In this document: piece after piece, positions 57,295-64,000 of the stretch
Layout of the letters: each line of letters starts with the position of its first letter
Numbering within the stretch: position 1 is the stretch's first letter
Origin: Plasmodiophora brassicae
Taxonomy: Eukaryota
Assembly (NCBI GenBank): GCA_036867785.1
Contig: CP145423.1
Coordinates: forward strand, 62,001 to 126,000
Reading direction: 5' to 3'
DNA: 64,000 nucleotides
The notes under the pieces: model-generated
The model's input: only the letters and a program-made list of their open reading frames with translations
Databases searched by the model: none
What the model was told of the DNA's origin: nothing
Translations under genes and position numbers: made by a program

Positions 57295-58269
57295 GATCGG
57301 TCGCCGCTAGACGAGCGCGCGCGCGCGCGTGTGCCAGTAATATGCTCTGAAATCGCGGGTCAGAGTGCCCCGTGACGCATGCGCGGCCACCGCCAGAGCG
57401 CCCCCCACAGACCCGACGGTCGATGCGTCTCGCCCGTCGTCGCTGTGATGATGCGGAACGGTGCCCCTTCCCGGGCTCCGGACTGGATCTGACGCCTGGG
57501 CGCGACCGTTTTTGTTGCGGGGACGACAACAAATGGCGACACGTCATCAGCCCCGTTTTTGTTGGCGTTTTGGTGTACGTGATCTGGTCTAGGTTCGTCG
57601 ACAGACCCGGGCCACCGCCAACAACAAAGGAACCCTTGACAGGGGCGGGAAATTTGAGCGGCAACTGGGCCGTTTGCCTTGGCACATGTGCCGCACGATT
57701 CGTCTCATTTCGCGAGGAACGTATATTCAGTAGATTGGTCCGGTTGGTTATGGTACGGGTCGGTAAGTCAAATTGAAGTCCGTGGAAGTGCGCAACATGC
57801 CGCGCGCGGACTCATTTAGCGCGACGGCCGACTTGCGTTTGAGTCACGCTCTGACTGGGCGAGTCGGTCCACGCGCCGCGCGACTGCCCATTTCGAATTG
57901 TGAATCACCGGCTCGCGAGGCGTCTCGTACGTCTTGACGACCAGGTTGTGGACACAGCTCTGAGCACTCTTAGCCGCTCTGTCGATCCTCTGGCTCGCAT
58001 GCTATGTAGAATCGGGACACTGGTGCGACCTCGAGTCCGCAGAGTGCCTCAGATCCGCAATCATAGGGCGCCCCGCACATATACCGCGCCGCACTGCCGT
58101 ACGGCGTCCGTGGCGCACCAATCCCATTTGCATCATTCTGCTATCTGGTCTTGTCTCGTCTTGTCCGTGTCCTGCGTGCTAATCGCTAGTTTTACGAATA
58201 GCGTTTGAAGACGCTCGCGACCGCCTCAGAGTCGAAACGGGTGAAACGCAGACTCACAGGCCGACAGTC

Positions 58270-58900
58270 CTGTCAGCCCGCCATTGTGTCTCCGTCATAG
58301 CTACGCCGTCACAATACGTCCGCTGAAAGAGGTGGGTATTACCGCAGCGAATGCCACTGGGATCTGCAACGGCAGGAGCATGACCTTTCCTCAAATATCA
58401 GTCGGGCACAATTCATGACCGCATGCAGGCCGCAGCTGATGACGCCATCTTCCTGCCGGCTGATCGAGACAGGACGGCCCTCCAGCGTCCAGTCTTTCTC
58501 CTGCGTACGTTCCTGACACAGGAGCAACTTCTCGCGCCACGACCCTCCCGTACTCCTTATCATCTGCGCGTCGTTCAGCGAATCACGCAGGGCACAGTTG
58601 AGAGCGTCGTGGCGCGAGATGTTGCAGCTGTGACAGAAACATAGGTGAACGACTGAAACGCTGGAGGAACATCGATCCTGTCCTAGTCAACCAGCAGGGA
58701 GACACTGTCGGCTGCGCCGCGCATGCGATCATCAACTGTGCCCGCCTTGTCTTTGAGTAAAGGTCAAGTTCCTGCCGCAATGACGTCGCAGATCCCAGTG
58801 ACGTTCGCTGGGCAATTAGTCAACTACCCACCTCCTTGAGCGGATGTATTTCGACGGGAGGTGGCCAATGGGCTATGACGCAGACACAATGGCGGTGGGT
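58270..58900. repeat. Diverged inverted duplication of a Ulp1/C48-peptidase-like fragment
   Basis: Minus 'RQEDGVISCGLHAVMNCARLIFEE' versus plus 'NQQGDTVGCAAHAIINCARLVFE*'. Nucleotide similarity continues to 'ctatgacg.agacacaatggcgg' in both arms. Confidence 0.75.
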
Positions 58901-59990
58901 CCTCAGGCATACTTCTATTGTTACTGTGTCTGATTGACAGGTCTGTAGGCCTAGTGCAACTATCAGGAAAGAGCGGGAAGCAGTCCGAGAGGTACCTCAG
59001 ATCTCAGGGCATCGTTGCGGCCATTCACTGAAACCCAGCCTGGTCTGACATGTGTTGCTTTCCCTGTAGGACCATGGGCGGACAAACAAGTGTGCTGTAT
59101 TACAATCGGCGACGGCGTCGACATCCCGAGCAGCGTACCGTACCGTACGCGCCCTCGAACCAAACGGGGGAGCAGGACGGGAACGTCAAGCAGCGCTGCC
59201 GTGAACATGTCCCTATCATACTGGCGGTCGCGTAAGTACAGGAATGACGCCTTGATGACGTCATGACGGGACCATGAGTCTGCTGTACGCACGTACGTGC
59301 ACTGGCCGGCTGCGTAATGCTGACGACCTGCGGCGGCGACGGCGGCTGCTGGAGTCCTTGGGGCAGCATATTGATATTGCCGGTCGAGCTGATGTTGACC
59401 GGCAATAGGCCGATGCTTTCAAGTAGCGCGCCAATATCCCCGGTCGCGCTGACGTCGCACGACACGCCTGACGGCATATCAAGTCTCCCGTGCACAGCGC
59501 GGCAACGCTCTGGACCAGGCTACCGGCGACTGCTCGAAGCTGGACCAGACCACCCGAGAACGGCGCCTTCGTCTTGGTGCTACGGTGCCTACTTGAGCTG
59601 AGTAGGGAAATACAGTACACGATAGGCATGCCTAGACAGTCGTCTGGTACCATTGGAACTTGCCCATGTGGCCATGTCAGCTGCCGCTGAGTGCATCCCT
59701 GCGAGTCATCAATGGCTGCCATGCACACCTGTGCAAGGACCAGTTGAGTTGCTATAGCCTATACTCGAAATGAGCCGGAGACGGTCTCCGTCGATCGTCT
59801 TGTGCTCCTGAACGCCCACATGCCCAGCGCCTGTCGGATATTATGTGTTTGATTGAGTATTCTGTTCTTGCGCAGGCTCGCTTGCAGGATGTACAATACA
59901 AAGAATGACGCTCAACAATGTAGCATATGGATCGCATTTGTAATGACTAGCTGGCAGCTTGATCACATTTCCTATCCCGGACGGAACGTG

Positions 59991-61313
59991 TCAACCATAA
60001 AAGTGAGCACCCGGGTGGGATGTGTTGCTGGGCGGTAACTGGTTGTAATCTCCTGCAGCAATATTACTTCCAGAGAACAGGACCGGGGCGCCCATGCGAA
60101 TTTCTTGCGCGTGCTCGAGCAGGAACGCACTCTGAGGCAGGCTGGCCTGGCGAGCTAGTTCGAGTGCCGTCCTGTGATACGTTCCTGTTGCGTGGATGTC
60201 GACGCGATGATCCCGAATGAGCATCATGATTACGTCAGGGCAGCTTCCCCAGGTCTGCAAGGCAGCTACCTGCAATGGTGTCCAGTAGGCATCTCCCACG
60301 AGTGCAGGTTCATTAACCAGGATGCTGTTAGATTTCAGCAATTCCGAAACGGCACCGATTTTACATAGCTTGGCGGCTAGTTCGAGCGGTGTCTCCCCGC
60401 CGTTTTCTTGGCGCCCTTTCGTATTGACGTCAATCTCGGGAGTGTTAACCAGCAAACGGATGACGTCAGAACAGTCATTGAGGACCGCCCAGTGGAGCGC
60501 CGTATAGCCATGGCGACCGGGATCATTGATGGCGAGGCCAGGCACATGACGTACAAGCAGGTCGACAACAAATTCATCACCAGAGTACGCTGCGCTGTGC
60601 AGGACGTTGCCGAAGATGGGGTCCCACTCGACACGATTCACCATGTTGATATCACCTCCCATGCGGGCAAGAATTTCGCGAATACGCTTGAATACCGCCT
60701 TCTGTGCAACCGAGCGCCCGTTTACGAACCTTCCCAGCCGGACGAGGCCAACATGGAACCGAAACGCTTTTTCGTCGACGGCTTCCTTCAGCAGACCATA
60801 ACCGGGTTCAGCATTGGCGTCGTCGGGGTGGGAAGCAATTAGAGCGACGCTAAGCGTCCTCATTTGGAGGTTGTGAGCCAACTTAACCAGTGAACAGACC
60901 CGGCCGAAAGAGATTTCGTTTCTGCTCGAAAGCCAGGTCGCGGCCTGGTCAACCTGATATGACGTCATCGCTGTCTATCAGGAGACCATAACGTACGAGC
61001 TTTCGATAAATTGGACGTTTACCTCATAGGTACCCGGACGGTTACCAGAAATGAACTGACGTGTTAGCTCCAAGTCAATCCAGGACAACGTATCCAGGGC
61101 AATGAAGTTATCGTTGATAAGGAGGGCGTATCGAATCATTTCGCGTAGCACAGGAGAATGCCAGGAAGCAGCCTCAACGTCGATGTCGGCTGTGTACAAA
61201 CATTCCTTGGAGCGCAGCTTAAAAGCGTCGGCACTCCCCGCACAGAGAACCGCGAGCACGAGCAGGGGAGATGATGCGACACCAGCGACTCGAACGCGAG
61301 TCCGGGTCGACAT
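59991..61313 (-). CDS. Signal peptide + BTB/SKP1-like + ankyrin-repeat protein (candidate effector)
   Basis: Exon 1 'PLLVLAVLCAGSADA|FKLRSKE...AASWHSPVLREMI'. Exon 2 'SLVKLAHNLQMRTL' then ankyrins (GYTALHWAV, GETPLELAA, WTPLQVAA, RTALELA). Confidence 0.8.
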
Positions 61314-62159
61314 AGGGCCCTGCGAACGTACGTTTCCCGGGCGGTGGCCAAATGGATGGTGCAAACTGCTGAGGCAGTACGATGGCGAAAACACAATGGC
61401 CGTACCGTACGTGGCGCTCAGCTGCCGTGTCACCGAGCGACGCGGACTAGGAACAGGCCCGGAAACGCATTACCTACGCGTGGTGTGTGCGAGTGCAAAT
61501 TAGGGGGGCCCGGGGCCGTGCACAATAGGCTGTGCCTCGACGAGAAGTTCGGACAGACCGCCAAGTTATAAACGGTAAACGGTATTAAGCGGTTCGTTGG
61601 CAGTTCGAGCAAAACGGTTTAGACCAATGGCTCCTTTCGGAACCTCAACGGGACGCGTGAGCGCGTATCACAACCCTCGCACAGCATGTACTTGGATTGC
61701 CGATGAACGGTTTGATGAAGGTCGCATTGACAGTGCTTACGGCATCGCAGATGCGCTTGGCGCGACCATACACTGGTGCGCTTTGAATTCGGGACCACGC
61801 CACGCCAAAGTGTCACACGCATATATACCTATGCCCACGTACTGCTCACATCAATTCAGTATTACCCACGCGTGGGCGATCGCTATCAGGGACAGACGGA
61901 TACTTGCACCGATGAAGTCGCTTGCGGACAGCTTGCGCAAAGGTCGGGTGCGCTCGGCACCAGGTTACCGTCAGAGGTAACGGCGGCGACATGCGTTGCC
62001 GTCGGTCCCGAATCTCCAGCGGTACGTCGAGAGCAAACATGACGCGCGAGCCGCGAGGCCATCTCCAGCCAATGGTCGCATAGTCCACGCCCTGCACAGC
62101 CACATTGGTAACGATACCTCTTCAGTAGAGAACTTGGAACGGCACGATCACAGGTTTCT

Positions 62160-62251
62160 GGCTGCGTGACCGAGTTGGTTAAGGTGGTAGATTCGAATCC
62201 TCGAAACATCTACTGGGCTTGCCCGCGCGCGTTCGAATCGCGTCGAAGCCT
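62160..62251 (+). tRNA. tRNA-Ser(CGA) with a 10-nt insertion at the canonical intron site; one acceptor-stem mismatch
   Basis: Identical to the 62569 copy except the insert TCCTCGAAAC (62198-62207) after position 37 and T>G at position 5. T-run terminator follows. Confidence 0.8.
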
Positions 62252-62568
62252 ACACTTTTTTGCCCATCGTCTCAAGTCATCGACCATCGTGGGACGACTG
62301 ACTGACTTGCGTCGTGTCTTGGAAACCGAATATGGATGGGATATGCGAATCCATCTGAACACGGCTGCAGGGTAGTAGGCATCAGAAGAAGAACTGATCA
62401 GACTTGTACCTGATGCTCGCCGTCAAACGCTGCTCTCTCACCCGTAAATGGGCGATCAGATGCAAGCCGAACATCAGATGCAAGCCGAATACAGCGCGCC
62501 GCCGCAACGAGGTTTAATAATAAACTTTGATAAAAAACTTTGCAAACCGTCCAAAGTGAGCGTGAGCT

Positions 62569-62650
62569 GGCTTCGTGACCGAGTTGGTTAAGGTGGTAGA
62601 TTCGAAATCTACTGGGCTTGCCCGCGCGCGTTCGAATCGCGTCGAAGCCT
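62569..62650 (+). tRNA. tRNA-Ser(CGA), intronless
   Basis: Acceptor GGCTTCG/CGAAGCC, anticodon arm GTAGA-TTCGAAA-TCTAC, variable arm GGGC-TT-GCCC, GTTCGAATC, T7 terminator. Confidence 0.95.
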
Positions 62651-62993
62651 TTGTTTTTTTGCTATTGATACAATGCTTCTCCGCTAAAAAAAACGATCGC
62701 CAACATCTGATGATGGGCACCCCCTCGGGTCGTAGGCCACTTTGGGCGGCGGCGACGATGTACGTTTTTCCCGATCCGTGTCATTGCTCTGACGAAAGTG
62801 GGGCAACTACATGGTCCTTGACGAAATGTGAAGAGATGGAGGACAAGTAAGGCTACCAGATGCCCGGGTCACTTGGGTCCAACTGGACTGTGGGTTCCTC
62901 GGGGAATGCTTCACATCACGCTGGCATACGGACGGTGGGCGGCATGGTTTATTCGGATCGTCCAGATAGAAACCCACATAGCCGCCGTTACAA

Positions 62994-63598
62994 TTACGCC
63001 CAGTGGCCGCTGCACACAAATCTCATCAGAAAGGGAGCTGACCGTCGTCCAGTGCCTCACGTACTGATGCCCATCGGTGGCGCCTTCGTAATGGTGGTCG
63101 CTGTTGGCAGCCAGTCAGATATGCATACACAACGTGGGCCACGTTACTTTGCACGTACTGTTCACCATCGGCGTCGTCGTGATATTCATGTTCGTGATCC
63201 TCCTCCTCGTCATCCTCCTCGCCCTGCCATCAGTGTGGTCAGTCTCTTTCACCATATACATGCCGTGCCGGCCACACTTACATCGTGATGGTAGCCGTGA
63301 GAGTGCGCGTCGCCTATCCAGAACCAGGACGATCAGAGTCACATTGCCACATTCACGCAGCAACGCAACGAACCGTGGTGATGGCGGTCGTGCTCCGCCC
63401 ACTCATCGCCGTGCACGTCTCGACTGCGAAACGCGTCACTTACCCGCATATAGACTGCGCCCTAAGATTCACTTACTGGTCGATATGGCCGTCACCGTGG
63501 AACACCTTCAGGCGCGTGTCGTCGGCGTCGACCCCGTTGAGGAACATCATGAGTACGAGGGCGATAGCCAGGAGCAACCCAAATGGGGACGACAACAT
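62994..63598 (-). CDS. Secreted His/Asp-rich protein 7 (6 exons, 106 aa; not in the ORF track)
   Basis: Exons 63598-63477, 63423-63374, 63313-63282, 63223-63159, 63100-63065, 63009-62994, joined by GT-AG introns of 53-60 nt, give MLSSPFGLLLAIALVLMMFLNGVDA-DDTRLKVFHGDGHIDHRDVHGDEWAEHDRHHHGDAHSHGYHHDGEEDDEEEDHEHEYHDDADGEHDHHYEGATDGHHGHWA*. Confidence 0.88.
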
Positions 63599-63676
63599 TT
63601 CGGGATTTTCGTGAATGGCCACCGCATTGCAAGCGCAGCTCGCCACGATCCGACCTCAACGGTGTGTCACGGCGCA

Positions 63677-63956
63677 TGACATCACGCCTCGACCAGTAGC
63701 CAGTTTGTAATGGTCTTCAGTGCTTCTGCAATGCCGAAAGCGGCTTGAAGTCATTGCATTCTTTTCTGGCCAAGGTACTTCTAAGACGATGTATAGACTA
63801 CGCCAGCCCTAGCGCGCGCGCGTTGGACAGCGGTGTACGTAGCTGGGCAGCTTCGTGTGCCCCCACCTTGGTAATGCGTAGTACACTAGTAAAGGTTTAT
63901 GCAGGCGGCCTGCCGAGTTCTCCGACCACGATCGACACGTCACTGCGCGTGACTCA
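63677..63956. promoter_or_regulatory. Upstream elements of His-rich gene 7: TGACATCACGCC (63677-63688) and TGACTCA (63950-63956)
   Basis: The 12-mer is identical to that upstream of gene 5 at a similar distance. Exact AP-1-type site ~350 bp upstream of the ATG. Confidence 0.55.
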
Positions 63957-64000
63957 ACTGGGCTCAGTCGGCATCGTTGATATGTCGAAGATGTCTACCG

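Noticed and set aside
62455-62489. 18-bp direct repeat (atcagatgcaagccgaa twice) between the tRNA-Ser genes
   Set aside because: Two copies only; a simple slippage duplication with no evidence of function.

Overview
Gene-dense eukaryotic DNA, about 60% GC in exons, with short (~50-65 nt) GT-AG introns. The content (flagellar HYDIN fragment, POP-type organellar DNA polymerase, signal-peptide BTB-ankyrin and 7TM genes) fits a flagellated protist parasite such as a plasmodiophorid; this is inference. Conserved genes: organellar family A DNA polymerase, PPIL3, DRG1, THG1, a ZIP transporter, an RME-8-like protein, a DUF1336 protein, tRNA-Leu(AAG) and two tRNA-Ser(CGA). The main finding is a dispersed set of seven signal-peptide, Cys-free, His/Asp-rich protein genes. 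One of them has 6 exons, is absent from the ORF track and was reconstructed by hand at 62994-63598. Each of the seven, plus one secreted mucin-like gene, has an exact TGA(C/G)TCA (AP-1/GCN4-type) site upstream of its start codon, suggesting a co-regulated secreted metal-binding or structural regulon. Also present: tandem secreted inositol 5-phosphatase-like genes, an RME-8 homolog that appears to lack its J-domain, a trypsin-fold protein with a GxCG motif plus a scrambled copy, long inverted duplications and transposon relics. All family assignments are by motif recognition; no searches were run.
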